From contig JAKQNF010000036.1 of the NCBI GenBank assembly GCA_029565935.1, positions 5,552 to 37,551 on the forward strand: a DNA stretch of 32,000 nucleotides, written 5' to 3'. The notes below the pieces were generated by a model. That model had not been told where the DNA came from. It did not search any database and saw nothing but the letters and a program-made list of their open reading frames with translations. Position numbers and translations under genes: made by a program. Each line of letters starts with the position of its first letter. Within the stretch, counting starts at the first letter, position 1. Origin of the DNA: Bacillota bacterium (GTDB lineage: Bacteria; Bacillota; DTU025; MWDF01). Positions 9,342 to 18,364 of the stretch are shown here, one piece after another.

Positions 9342-9352
9342 GAGGTGCGCAG

Positions 9353-10270
9353 ATGAGCGAAAAACATAACTATGGCGGCCAGGCCGTCCTCGAAGGCATC
9401 ATGATGAGAGGTCGCAAGGGCATGGCCGTAGCCGTCAGGAAACCAGACGGGCAGATAAGCATATACAAGAGATTCATCAAGCAAGACAACAAACCGGCGT
9501 TCCTTAAGATGCCGGTCATAAGGGGCGTCGTCAACTTCGTCGAGACTTTGGTCATAGGCATGGACGCGCTTATGTACTCCGCCAACGAGGCGACAGGGCA
9601 GGACGAGAAGCTCTCCAGCTGGGAAGTCGCCCTTACGCTCTTAGTTTCCCTGGGCCTTTTCATAGGCCTTTTCATAGTCGTCCCCAACCTAATAGTGGGC
9701 CTGGTGTCCAGGTTCATCGGCGGCGTCATACTCCTCAACCTTGTAGAGGGCATGTTGAGGCTGGTGATATTCGCCATGTACCTATATGGGATCTCCTATA
9801 TGAAGGACATCAGGAGGCTGTTCGCCTACCACGGAGCCGAACACAAGGTAATAGCCACCTATGAGGCCGACGAGCCGCTCGACAACGCGCATGTCAGGCC
9901 CCACACTACGCTGCACAAGAGGTGCGGCACGAACTTCCTGCTGATAGTCATGTTCGTCTCCATACTCACCTACTCGCTGCTTGGCAAGCAGGCGATGATA
10001 GAGCGCATCATGACGAGGATAGTCCTGCTCCCACTGGTTGCGGGGCTTGCGTACGAGCTGTTCAAGCTCGCGGCGAAGAAGGAGAACAACCCTATATTGA
10101 GGGCCGTGTCCTATCCCGGCCTTCAGCTGCAGAAGCTAACTACCAAAGAGCCGGATGACGGCATGATAGAAGTGGCGTTGGCCGCGTTCAAGGGCGCCTT
10201 GGAGATGGACGGCGAACCCGAATCAGGCCTGGGGGCATCGGTAGAAGTGGAGGAAAGGCCGGCATCATGA
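9353..10270 (+). CDS. DUF1385 (YqhQ-like) integral membrane protein of unknown function
   Basis: ATG 9353 (GAGAGG at 9340-9345) gives [20 protein letters not shown], the typical DUF1385 N-terminus. Conserved YHGAEHKVI motif and several hydrophobic helices. The stop overlaps the prfA start (ATGA at 10267-10270). Confidence 0.75.
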   Translation: MSEKHNYGGQAVLEGIMMRGRKGMAVAVRKPDGQISIYKRFIKQDNKPAFLKMPVIRGVVNFVETLVIGMDALMYSANEATGQDEKLSSWEVALTLLVSLGLFIGLFIVVPNLIVGLVSRFIGGVILLNLVEGMLRLVIFAMYLYGISYMKDIRRLFAYHGAEHKVIATYEADEPLDNAHVRPHTTLHKRCGTNFLLIVMFVSILTYSLLGKQAMIERIMTRIVLLPLVAGLAYELFKLAAKKENNPILRAVSYPGLQLQKLTTKEPDDGMIEVALAAFKGALEMDGEPESGLGASVEVEERPAS

Positions 10271-11334
10271 TAGAGAAACTGCTGGACGTGGAAAAGAGGT
10301 TCGAGGACCTCGAAGCCAGCCTTGCTTCGCCGGACGCCGTATCCGACATGGAGCTTTTCAAGAAGACGAGCAAGGCGCACTCGTCCCTGCTTCCGATAGT
10401 TGAGAGGTTCAGGCGCCTTAGGGACGTCGAAGAGCAGCTAGCCGGCGCCCAGGAGATGATGTGGCACGAGGATGACCCCGAGCTGAAGCAGATGGCCGAA
10501 GCCGAGGTGGACGAGCTCACTTCGGAGAGGGACAGGCTCACCGGCGAGCTGAAGGTGCTGTTGCTGCCAAAGGACCCGCTGGACGAGAGGAACGTAATGC
10601 TGGAGATAAGGGCCGGCACAGGAGGCGACGAGGCCGCCTTGTTCGCCGGCGACCTGCTCAGGATGTACAGTATGTACGCAGAGATAAAGGGCTGGAAAGT
10701 AGAGCAGATGAGCATGTCCGAGACGGGCCTTGGAGGTTTCAAGGAGGTCATAGTCATGATCTCCGGGAACCAGGTCTATTCCAGGCTCAAGTTCGAATCC
10801 GGCGTCCACAGGGTCCAGAGGGTGCCCGAGACGGAAGCCCAGGGCAGGATACACACGTCGGCGGCGACTGTGGCGGTGATGCCAGAGGCCGAGGAAGTCG
10901 ACGTCGAGATCAATCCCAACGATCTTAGGGTGGATGTGTTCAGATCCGGAGGTCACGGCGGCCAGAGCGTCAACATGACCGACTCGGCCGTGAGGATAAC
11001 CCACATGCCCTCGGGACTCGTCGTTCAGTGCCAGGACGAGAGGTCGCAGCTGAAGAACAAGGAGAAGGCGATGAAGGTGCTCAGGGCGCGCCTCCTGGAG
11101 AAGACGATGATCGAGCAGGAGACCAAATATTCCCAGCAGAGGAAGAGCCTCGTGGGCAGCGGGGACCGCTCGGAGAGGATCAGGACCTACAACTTCCCGC
11201 AAAACAGGGTGACTGACCACAGGATCGGGCTCACGCTTCACAGGCTGGACATGGTGATGAACGGGGACCTGGACGAGATAATAGACGCCTTGATCCTCAG
11301 CGAGCAGAGTGAGAGGCTGAAGAAGGATGAGTAG
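10267..11334 (+). CDS. prfA: Peptide chain release factor 1
   Basis: 355 aa. [17 protein letters not shown] (P-x-T codon-recognition tripeptide, RF1 type) and [10 protein letters not shown] (GGQ motif). No in-frame stop or frameshift of the prfB type. Confidence 0.95.
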   Translation: MIEKLLDVEKRFEDLEASLASPDAVSDMELFKKTSKAHSSLLPIVERFRRLRDVEEQLAGAQEMMWHEDDPELKQMAEAEVDELTSERDRLTGELKVLLLPKDPLDERNVMLEIRAGTGGDEAALFAGDLLRMYSMYAEIKGWKVEQMSMSETGLGGFKEVIVMISGNQVYSRLKFESGVHRVQRVPETEAQGRIHTSAATVAVMPEAEEVDVEINPNDLRVDVFRSGGHGGQSVNMTDSAVRITHMPSGLVVQCQDERSQLKNKEKAMKVLRARLLEKTMIEQETKYSQQRKSLVGSGDRSERIRTYNFPQNRVTDHRIGLTLHRLDMVMNGDLDEIIDALILSEQSERLKKDE

Positions 11335-12199
11335 CGCGGAGGGGAAAAGCACCGTGCTGGATCTTCTGAACAAGTCGGCGCGGTACTTGGCCTCCAAAGG
11401 TTCGCGATCTCCAAGGCTGGACGCCGAAGTGCTCCTGGCCGGAGTGCTCGGCTGCTCGAGGATCCAGCTCTACGTCGGATTCGACAGGGGCCTTAGCGAC
11501 GCCGAGGTGGACTCCTACAGGGAAGCGGTGATGAGGAGGGGCAGAAGGGAGCCCGTAGCTTATATAACGGGCAGGAAAGAGTTTATGGGAAGGGATTTCT
11601 CGGTAGGCAGGGGCGTACTTGTGCCGAGGCCCGAGACGGAACTGCTGGCCGAGAAGGCCATAGAGGCCCTAGTGGGGAGCGAGTGCGCGAATGCCGCGGA
11701 GATCTGCTGCGGCACCGGGGCGGCCGGGATAACCGTAGCCCTCGAAGTGCCCGGCATAAGGATGTTCCTCTCCGACATATCCGATGACGCGCTGGAGACG
11801 GCCTCTAAGAACGTAATGAAGCACGGCCTCAAGGACAGGGTAAGCGTGTTGAGGGGGGACCTTCTCGCGGCGCTGCCCGACGAGCTGAAAGGTAAGCTGG
11901 ACCTGGTGATGGCCAACCCTCCGTACATAAGGACGGGGGATATAGACGCCCTCGAGCCCGAGGTCTCGGAGCATGAGCCCCGGATGGCCCTGGACGGAGG
12001 ATCGGACGGGCTGCTGTTCTACAGGAGGATAGCGCCCGAAGCTGCCCTGTGGCTGAAACAGGGGGGCACGGTGCTGATGGAAGTAGGCTACGACCAGGCA
12101 GGAGAGGTTTCGGGCATGCTGGGCGCGTGCGGCTTCGGTTCCATAACGTCGCACAAGGACCTCCAAGGGTATGACAGGGTGGTCGCGGCGACCTTATGA
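11327..12199 (+). CDS. prmC: Release-factor glutamine N5-methyltransferase PrmC/HemK
   Basis: 290 aa. Overlaps prfA by 8 nt. SAM-binding [10 protein letters not shown], catalytic NPPY ([12 protein letters not shown]). Confidence 0.9.
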   Translation: MSSAEGKSTVLDLLNKSARYLASKGSRSPRLDAEVLLAGVLGCSRIQLYVGFDRGLSDAEVDSYREAVMRRGRREPVAYITGRKEFMGRDFSVGRGVLVPRPETELLAEKAIEALVGSECANAAEICCGTGAAGITVALEVPGIRMFLSDISDDALETASKNVMKHGLKDRVSVLRGDLLAALPDELKGKLDLVMANPPYIRTGDIDALEPEVSEHEPRMALDGGSDGLLFYRRIAPEAALWLKQGGTVLMEVGYDQAGEVSGMLGACGFGSITSHKDLQGYDRVVAATL

Positions 12200-12212
12200 A
12201 GGAGGTTTCCCG

Positions 12213-13310
12213 ATGGATACCGTCTATGTGAACATGTCGTCCGGGATAAAGGACGAGGCCATCAAGAAGGCCGCGGGGATAATACGCTCCGGTGGCCTCG
12301 TGGCTTTTCCCACCGAGACGGTGTACGGGCTTGGCGCGAACGGTTTCGACCCCACGGCTGTAAGGAAGATATTCAAGGCGAAGGGCAGGCCCCAGGACAA
12401 CCCGCTCATACTCCACATCTCATCGATGTCGAGCCTTTACGAGCTCGCGGCAGAAGTGCCGGCGGACGCTCTCAGGCTCGCGAACATGTTCTGGCCCGGA
12501 CCGCTCACGATGGTCCTCAAGAAGAAGGACATAGTCCCGGACACCGTGACCGCCGGACTCAAGACGGTGGCCATAAGGATGCCGGCGAACGATATCGCAC
12601 TAAGGCTTATATCGGCATCCGAAGTGCCGATAGCGGCCCCTTCCGCTAACATATCCGGAAGGCCGAGCCCGACTTGCGGAGAGCACGTGATGAACGATCT
12701 GGCCGGTGTGATAGACATGGTCATCGACGGGGGGCCCACTAGGATAGGGGTCGAATCGACCGTCGTGGACATGAGCTCTAACAAGCCGTGCCTGCTAAGG
12801 CCGGGAGGGCTGGGCATCGAGGACTTGAAGCTGGTCCTTCCGGAGTTGGAGCTGGGCATGGACAACCCCGACGGCCCCGCCAGGTCGCCCGGGCTCAGGC
12901 ACAAGCACTACGCCCCGAAAGCGCCGTTGTTCTTGTACAAGGGCCCCGTGGATGAGCAGATAGCCACCATCGGCAGAGAGATGGTCTCCCTTGCCAAGAG
13001 CGCGAGCAGGGTCGGGATACTCGCCGCCTCGGGGGAGATAGAGAGGATAAGGAAGTCCGCTAGGTTGGCGGGGCTCGTCGCCAGCGACGCTCCGAGCGAA
13101 GACGCCGACATCGTATATGCGGCGACGGGAGCAAGGGAACGGATGAACGAAGTGGCATCCTCCCTCTTCTCGTGCCTTAGGCAGCTTGACCTTTCGGACG
13201 TTGACATAATCCTCGCCACCTCCTACATGGAGGAGGGCCTGGGTTTCGCCGTTATGAACAGGCTGGTAAGGGCCAGCGACGGCAGAATACTTACTGTGGA
13301 GGAAAGATGA
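12213..13310 (+). CDS. tsaC: L-threonylcarbamoyladenylate synthase, long Sua5/YwlC form (t6A biosynthesis)
   Basis: ATG 12213 is preceded by GGAGG (12200-12204). YrdC-domain motifs [39 protein letters not shown], plus a ~150-aa Sua5 C-terminal domain. Confidence 0.85.
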   Translation: MDTVYVNMSSGIKDEAIKKAAGIIRSGGLVAFPTETVYGLGANGFDPTAVRKIFKAKGRPQDNPLILHISSMSSLYELAAEVPADALRLANMFWPGPLTMVLKKKDIVPDTVTAGLKTVAIRMPANDIALRLISASEVPIAAPSANISGRPSPTCGEHVMNDLAGVIDMVIDGGPTRIGVESTVVDMSSNKPCLLRPGGLGIEDLKLVLPELELGMDNPDGPARSPGLRHKHYAPKAPLFLYKGPVDEQIATIGREMVSLAKSASRVGILAASGEIERIRKSARLAGLVASDAPSEDADIVYAATGARERMNEVASSLFSCLRQLDLSDVDIILATSYMEEGLGFAVMNRLVRASDGRILTVEER

Positions 13311-13326
13311 CTTTCGGAGGTGCGCG

Positions 13327-14412
13327 ATGAGAATTTCCATTGGATCCGACCATGCTGGTTTCGAGCTCAGGAAGAAACTGATAGACAAGATAGTGTCGCT
13401 CGGACACGAGGCGATCGACCGCGGGCCGTACGCCTCGGCATCCGTGGACTATCCGGATTTTGCGGCCCTCGTGGCCGAGGATGTCATCAACGATAACGCG
13501 GAGCGCGGCGTCCTGGTCTGCGGAACGGGCATAGGCATGTCCATGGCCGCCAACAAAGTGCGCGGAATAAGAGCGGCGCTGGTATACGACATGGACACCG
13601 CTAAACTCTCCAGGCAGCACAATAACGCCAACATAATATGCCTCGGAGCCCGCACGCCTAGCGCGTCGATCGCGCCAGAGCTTCTGGAGACCTGGCTCGC
13701 CACGGAGTTCGAGGAAGGAAGGCACAGAAGGCGGGTCCATAAGATAGACAGCCTCGCGGCCTCGATGGAAGGCTGGGAGGGAGCCCCGAACGTGCACGTG
13801 ATCAAGCACCCTCTCATACAGCACAAGCTATGCCTGCTGCGCCAGAAGGAGACGGAGACGCGGCACTTCAGGGATCTGGTGTCCGAGATAGCCAAGCTGA
13901 TGGCATACGAGGTAACTAGGGACGTGCCCCTTTCCGAGGTCGACATAGAGACGCCGATATGCAGCACGAAGGGCAAGGTCATGGCGGGCAAGCACTTCGG
14001 CATCGTCGCAATATTGAGGGCAGGGCTGGCGATGGCGGAGTCGATGCTCGAGATAATGCCGGGCGCCAGGATGGGCCACATCGGCCTGTACAGGGACCCC
14101 CAGACGCTGAAGCCCGTGCAGTACTATGCCAAGCTGCCCAAAGACACCGCCGAAAGGAGCGTCATCCTGGTGGATCCGATGCTCGCGACGGGAGGGACGA
14201 TCGTGAAGGCGATCGACGTCCTTAAGGAAGCGGGCGCGAAGGGCATCAAGGTGGTCAGCATAGTCTCGGCCCCGGTGGGCATAAAGAAGGTATTGGAGGC
14301 GCACCCGGACGTTGAGATCTTCGTTGCCGCAGTGGACGAGAAGCTGAACGACCACGGCTACATCGTCCCCGGCCTAGGAGACGCCGGCGACAGGCTCTAC
14401 GGGACGAAGTAA
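13327..14412 (+). CDS. Fusion ORF: ribose-5-phosphate isomerase B (res 1-~143) + uracil phosphoribosyltransferase (res ~155-361)
   Basis: The N-terminal half [18 protein letters not shown]...[16 protein letters not shown]...[10 protein letters not shown] is RpiB/LacAB. The C-terminal half [17 protein letters not shown]...ILRAGLAM...[13 protein letters not shown]...[18 protein letters not shown] is Upp. There is no stop between them. GGAGG at 13316-13320 precedes ATG 13327. Confidence 0.85.
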   Translation: MRISIGSDHAGFELRKKLIDKIVSLGHEAIDRGPYASASVDYPDFAALVAEDVINDNAERGVLVCGTGIGMSMAANKVRGIRAALVYDMDTAKLSRQHNNANIICLGARTPSASIAPELLETWLATEFEEGRHRRRVHKIDSLAASMEGWEGAPNVHVIKHPLIQHKLCLLRQKETETRHFRDLVSEIAKLMAYEVTRDVPLSEVDIETPICSTKGKVMAGKHFGIVAILRAGLAMAESMLEIMPGARMGHIGLYRDPQTLKPVQYYAKLPKDTAERSVILVDPMLATGGTIVKAIDVLKEAGAKGIKVVSIVSAPVGIKKVLEAHPDVEIFVAAVDEKLNDHGYIVPGLGDAGDRLYGTK

Positions 14413-14423
14413 GGAGGCCCTCT

Positions 14424-14891
14424 ATGAATTCTAGGCCTAGCTGGGACAGGTATTTCATGGAGATCGCCCGGATGGTGGCGACGAGATCCACTTGCTTAAG
14501 GCGCAGCGTAGGGGCGATAGCGGTGAACGAGCGGCGTATACTGGCCACCGGGTACAACGGCACCCCGAAGGGTCTGAGGCACTGCGATGAGGTGGGCTGC
14601 TTAAGGCAGCAGTACGATATCCCCTCTGGGCAGAGGCACGAGCTGTGCCGCGGCCTGCACGCCGAGCAGAACTGCATAATACAAGCGGCGGTGCACGGAG
14701 TCCAGCTCGAGGGCTCGACGATCTACTGCACCTTCCAGCCTTGCGTGGTGTGCGCGAAGATGCTCATCAACGCCGGCATAGTCGAGATAGTCTACGAGGG
14801 CGGCTACCCTGACGAGATGTCGGTCGGGATGCTAGAAGAGGCGGGGATAAGACTAAGGCGGCTGGTGCCCGAGGAGGAGGACGTGACATGA
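14424..14891 (+). CDS. comEB: dCMP deaminase (ComEB family)
   Basis: 155 aa. AGGAGG at 14412-14417. Zinc-binding cytidine/deoxycytidylate deaminase motifs HAEQN and [14 protein letters not shown]. Confidence 0.85.
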   Translation: MNSRPSWDRYFMEIARMVATRSTCLRRSVGAIAVNERRILATGYNGTPKGLRHCDEVGCLRQQYDIPSGQRHELCRGLHAEQNCIIQAAVHGVQLEGSTIYCTFQPCVVCAKMLINAGIVEIVYEGGYPDEMSVGMLEEAGIRLRRLVPEEEDVT

Positions 14892-15943
14892 ACCTTATGG
14901 CTATAGGCTTCCTCCTGGCGACGGCCATAGCCCTGCTGCTTACGCCCGCCGTGGGCTTCCTTGCGACGAAGGCCGGCATAGTAGACGTGCCACGCGGCAG
15001 GCACATACACAAGAAGCCCGTTCCTCTAATCGGCGGAGTCGCCATCTTCGCGGCGTTCATCGTCACTGTCCTTCTCAGGCTCAGGGTCACCGGATGGGTG
15101 AGCGGCCTGGTACTCGGGTCCGGGATCATAATGCTCACCGGCATAGTGGACGACATACTGGAGCTCAAGCCCCTTGTGAAGCTGCTGGGGCAGGTCGTAG
15201 GGGCGTGCGTGATGGTGGGCATGGGCGTGAGGATGGAATTCATCTCCAACCCGTTAGGCGGGATGCTGCACATGGGATGGCTGTCCTATCCGTTCAGCGT
15301 GGTCTGGATACTCTCCTTCGTCAACGCGGTCAATTTCCTCGACGGGCTCGACGGCCTCGCCTCGGGCGTGGTAGCCATAAGCTCGTTTGCGCTGGGTTTG
15401 ATAGCCTTCGCGAAGGGGCACATAGACATAGCGATCGTCTCCGTGATACTTTCAGGCTCGTGCCTGGGCTTTCTGTGGCATAACTTCCACCCCGCCCAGA
15501 TCTTCATGGGGGACACCGGGGCGATGTTCATCGGGGCCGCCATGGGAGGAATCAGCGCGGTAGGTGCCCTTAAGGGTCCCGCGACCCTGACCATAGCCGT
15601 GCCGGTAGTGCTCATGGGAGTCGCCGTGCTGGACACGGCCCTCGCCATCTTCAGAAGGGTGAGCAAGAAGATGAGCGTAGGAGAAGGAGACGAGGAGCAC
15701 ATACACCACAGGCTGCTCAAGATGGGGCTCAACCAGAGACAGGCCGTGGGCATAATCTACGCCGTGACCATAGCTCTCGCTGTCGCGGCCTATTTCATAT
15801 CGCAGCAGGAGGCCACGTCGAAGGGCTGGTTCATAGCGTTCAGCGCATTCGCCCTCCTCATAACGCTCGGAGGCATCGCGGGCATGTTCAGGCTCGGAAG
15901 GCTCGGGCGCAAGATCAGGGAAAGGATGGCACGCAGACAATGA
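14888..15943 (+). CDS. tagO: Glycosyltransferase family 4, undecaprenyl-phosphate GlcNAc-1-phosphate transferase (WecA/TagO family)
   Basis: 351 aa, polytopic. ATGA overlap with the upstream gene. Motifs [57 protein letters not shown]. Assignment is to the WecA/TagO family, not a specific pathway. Confidence 0.8.
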   Translation: MNLMAIGFLLATAIALLLTPAVGFLATKAGIVDVPRGRHIHKKPVPLIGGVAIFAAFIVTVLLRLRVTGWVSGLVLGSGIIMLTGIVDDILELKPLVKLLGQVVGACVMVGMGVRMEFISNPLGGMLHMGWLSYPFSVVWILSFVNAVNFLDGLDGLASGVVAISSFALGLIAFAKGHIDIAIVSVILSGSCLGFLWHNFHPAQIFMGDTGAMFIGAAMGGISAVGALKGPATLTIAVPVVLMGVAVLDTALAIFRRVSKKMSVGEGDEEHIHHRLLKMGLNQRQAVGIIYAVTIALAVAAYFISQQEATSKGWFIAFSAFALLITLGGIAGMFRLGRLGRKIRERMARRQ

Positions 15944-17079
15944 AGAAGGTCATGGCCGTATTCGGCACGAGGCCGGATACGATAAAGATGATGCCGGTCG
16001 TGGAGGCGGTGAGGAGCTCCTCTAAGCTTAGGCTGTTCGCTTTATCCACGGGCCAGCACAGGCAGATGCTCGACGACGTGCTGAGGGTCTTCGGCGTGGA
16101 GCCGGACATGGACCTGGACATAATGAGGCCCGACCAGAGCCTCGCGGACATAGTGACGAGGGGCCTGCCGGCGATGATGCGCGCGCTGGAGGAAATAGGG
16201 CCCGACCTGGTGCTGGTGCATGGCGACACGTCAACCGGCTTCGTGGCTTCGCTGGCCTCGTTCTACTCGGGCGTTAAAGTGGGCCACGTCGAGGCGGGGC
16301 TCAGGACGCACGACAAGCTCAACCCGTTCCCCGAGGAGATGAACAGGAAGCTAATAGGCTCCCTGGCCGACGTACATTTCGCCCCGCTCAAGACCCATAA
16401 GGACAACCTCGTCGCAGAGGGCGTGGGGCCGGATTCGGTGTTCGTCACCGGCAACACCGCGGTGGACGCCGTGCTCAATACGGCGGCCAGGGTGGACAAG
16501 CTTGAGGACGGCAAGCTTCACGATGCGGTCTACGGGCCTGGCAGGCTTCTGCTAGTCACGGCGCACAGGCGCGAGAGCATCGGTATCGGCATAAAGGGTA
16601 TCTGCGAGGCAGTAAGGTCCATACTAAGAGACTACGAGGATGTAAGGGTGCTGTTCCCCGTGCATCCTAACCCGAGGGTGTCCAAGACCGTGCACGAGAT
16701 CCTTGACGGCGTCAAAAGGTGCCACCTCACGGGCCCGATGTCATATCCGGACATGGTCATGGCCATGAAGAACGCATATTTCTGCATGAGCGATTCGGGA
16801 GGCATCCAGGAGGAGGCGCCGTCTCTGGGCAAGCCGGTGCTCGTGCTCAGGCGGGTGACCGAAAGGCCCGAGGGCGTGAGCGCCGGGACCCTTAAGCTCG
16901 CCGGGGTGGACCCGGTGCAGATAAGGAAGCTCGCCGGAAGGCTCCTAGATGACGAAGGGGAATATAATAGGATGGCAACCAGCCGCAACCCGTTCGGCGA
17001 CGGCAGGGCCTCCGAGAGGATCAAGGACGCCATACTTTACTTCTTCGGCCTGGGCCCAAGGCCCGGGGATTACGAATAG
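15940..17079 (+). CDS. wecB: UDP-N-acetylglucosamine 2-epimerase (non-hydrolysing)
   Basis: 379 aa. ATGA overlap with the upstream gene. FGTRPDTIKMMPV, VLVHGDTST, HVEAGLRT, SDSGGIQEEAPSLGKPVLVLR, NPFGDGRASERI. Confidence 0.9.
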   Translation: MKKVMAVFGTRPDTIKMMPVVEAVRSSSKLRLFALSTGQHRQMLDDVLRVFGVEPDMDLDIMRPDQSLADIVTRGLPAMMRALEEIGPDLVLVHGDTSTGFVASLASFYSGVKVGHVEAGLRTHDKLNPFPEEMNRKLIGSLADVHFAPLKTHKDNLVAEGVGPDSVFVTGNTAVDAVLNTAARVDKLEDGKLHDAVYGPGRLLLVTAHRRESIGIGIKGICEAVRSILRDYEDVRVLFPVHPNPRVSKTVHEILDGVKRCHLTGPMSYPDMVMAMKNAYFCMSDSGGIQEEAPSLGKPVLVLRRVTERPEGVSAGTLKLAGVDPVQIRKLAGRLLDDEGEYNRMATSRNPFGDGRASERIKDAILYFFGLGPRPGDYE

Positions 17080-17103
17080 CAGAGGACCGGAGGGAATGAC
17101 GCG

Positions 17104-18360
17104 ATGGAACTGAACACCCTTGTGGTAGAAGGCGGAAGGAAGATATCGGGCACGGTCAGGGTAGGAGGGGCCAAGAACTCCTCCCTGCCGTTGATCGCCG
17201 CCGCGCTGCTGACTGCCGGCACCTCCACGATAGAGGACGTACCCAGGTTAAAGGACATCGAGACCATGCGAGGTGTCGTGGAGGCGCTCGGTGCCCGCGT
17301 GATAATGGAAGATAATGTAATGACCGTGGATTCCTCCAGCCTGAACGGGAACGAACCACCATATGACCTTGTAAGGGCCATGAGGGCGTCGTTTCTGGTC
17401 ATGGGACCCCTGCTTGCGAGGATGGGCAGCGCCCACATATTCCAGCCCGGAGGCTGCGCCATCGGTGCAAGGCCGATCGACTTACACCTGAAGGGCTTCG
17501 CCGCTTTGGGCGCGGAGATAGACATGAGCGGGGGAGTCGTGAAGGCGAAGGTCAGCGGAAGGCTCAAAGGCGAAAGGGTCTACCTGGACTTCCCAAGCGT
17601 CGGCGCGACGGAGAACATAATGATGGCGGCCGCCACTGCCGAAGGCAGGACCCTGATAGAAAACGCCGCCAGGGAGCCCGAGATAGTGGACCTTGCGAAC
17701 TTCCTAAATAAGATGGGCGCCAAGGTCAGAGGGGCCGGGACCCCGATGCTCAGGATAGACGGCGTAGACACGCTTGTCCCCTCTTCCCATACGGTCATAC
17801 CTGACAGGATAGAGGCCGGCACCTTCATGATCATAGCGGCCGGCACCCAGGGCTCTTTGTACATCGACAACGTGGTGGGCGAGCACGTGAAACCGCTTGA
17901 GGCTAAGCTGTCCGAGGCCGGGGCGCATGTGGAGACCTTCGAAGGGGCGATGCGCGTGAGCGCGGACAAGCGCCTCAAGGCCGTGGACGTGACCACCATG
18001 CCGTACCCTGGTTTCCCCACGGACATGCAAGCACAGCTCATGGCGGTGCTGTGCACGTCGGAGGGCACCTCCCAGGTGACCGAGAACGTGTTCGAGAACC
18101 GTTTCATGCATGCCCCGGAGCTTTCGAGGATGGGTGCGAACATAAAGATCAGCGGCAGGACCGCGATCATCGAAGGAGTACCGACGCTTACCGGAGCCCA
18201 AGTGAACGCTACGGACCTTAGGGCCTCGGCCGCGCTGGTCACCGCCGCGCTTACCGCCGAGGGCGAGACGCACATACATAACATCTCCCACCTCGACAGA
18301 GGATACGAGAACTTCGAGGGCCGCCTGGCCAAATGCGGCGCTCGGATGAGGAGGGAGTAG
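17104..18360 (+). CDS. murA: UDP-N-acetylglucosamine 1-carboxyvinyltransferase
   Basis: 418 aa. GGAGGG at 17089-17094. GTVRVGGAKNSSLPLIAAALL, active-site Cys context PGGCAIGARPIDLHLKG, PYPGFPTDMQAQ. Confidence 0.95.
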   Translation: MELNTLVVEGGRKISGTVRVGGAKNSSLPLIAAALLTAGTSTIEDVPRLKDIETMRGVVEALGARVIMEDNVMTVDSSSLNGNEPPYDLVRAMRASFLVMGPLLARMGSAHIFQPGGCAIGARPIDLHLKGFAALGAEIDMSGGVVKAKVSGRLKGERVYLDFPSVGATENIMMAAATAEGRTLIENAAREPEIVDLANFLNKMGAKVRGAGTPMLRIDGVDTLVPSSHTVIPDRIEAGTFMIIAAGTQGSLYIDNVVGEHVKPLEAKLSEAGAHVETFEGAMRVSADKRLKAVDVTTMPYPGFPTDMQAQLMAVLCTSEGTSQVTENVFENRFMHAPELSRMGANIKISGRTAIIEGVPTLTGAQVNATDLRASAALVTAALTAEGETHIHNISHLDRGYENFEGRLAKCGARMRRE

Positions 18361-18364
18361 GCCG

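Noticed and set aside
10267-11334. Possibility of a programmed +1 frameshift, as in prfB
   Set aside because: The protein is RF1-type (P-x-T tripeptide), and the ORF is continuous with no internal in-frame stop or SD-like frameshift cassette.
10438-11397. 319-aa ORF on the minus strand
   Set aside because: It is fully antisense to the confidently identified prfA and prmC. The translation is Arg/Leu/His/Pro-rich low complexity with no recognisable motif or SD. This is a typical shadow ORF of a GC-rich coding region.
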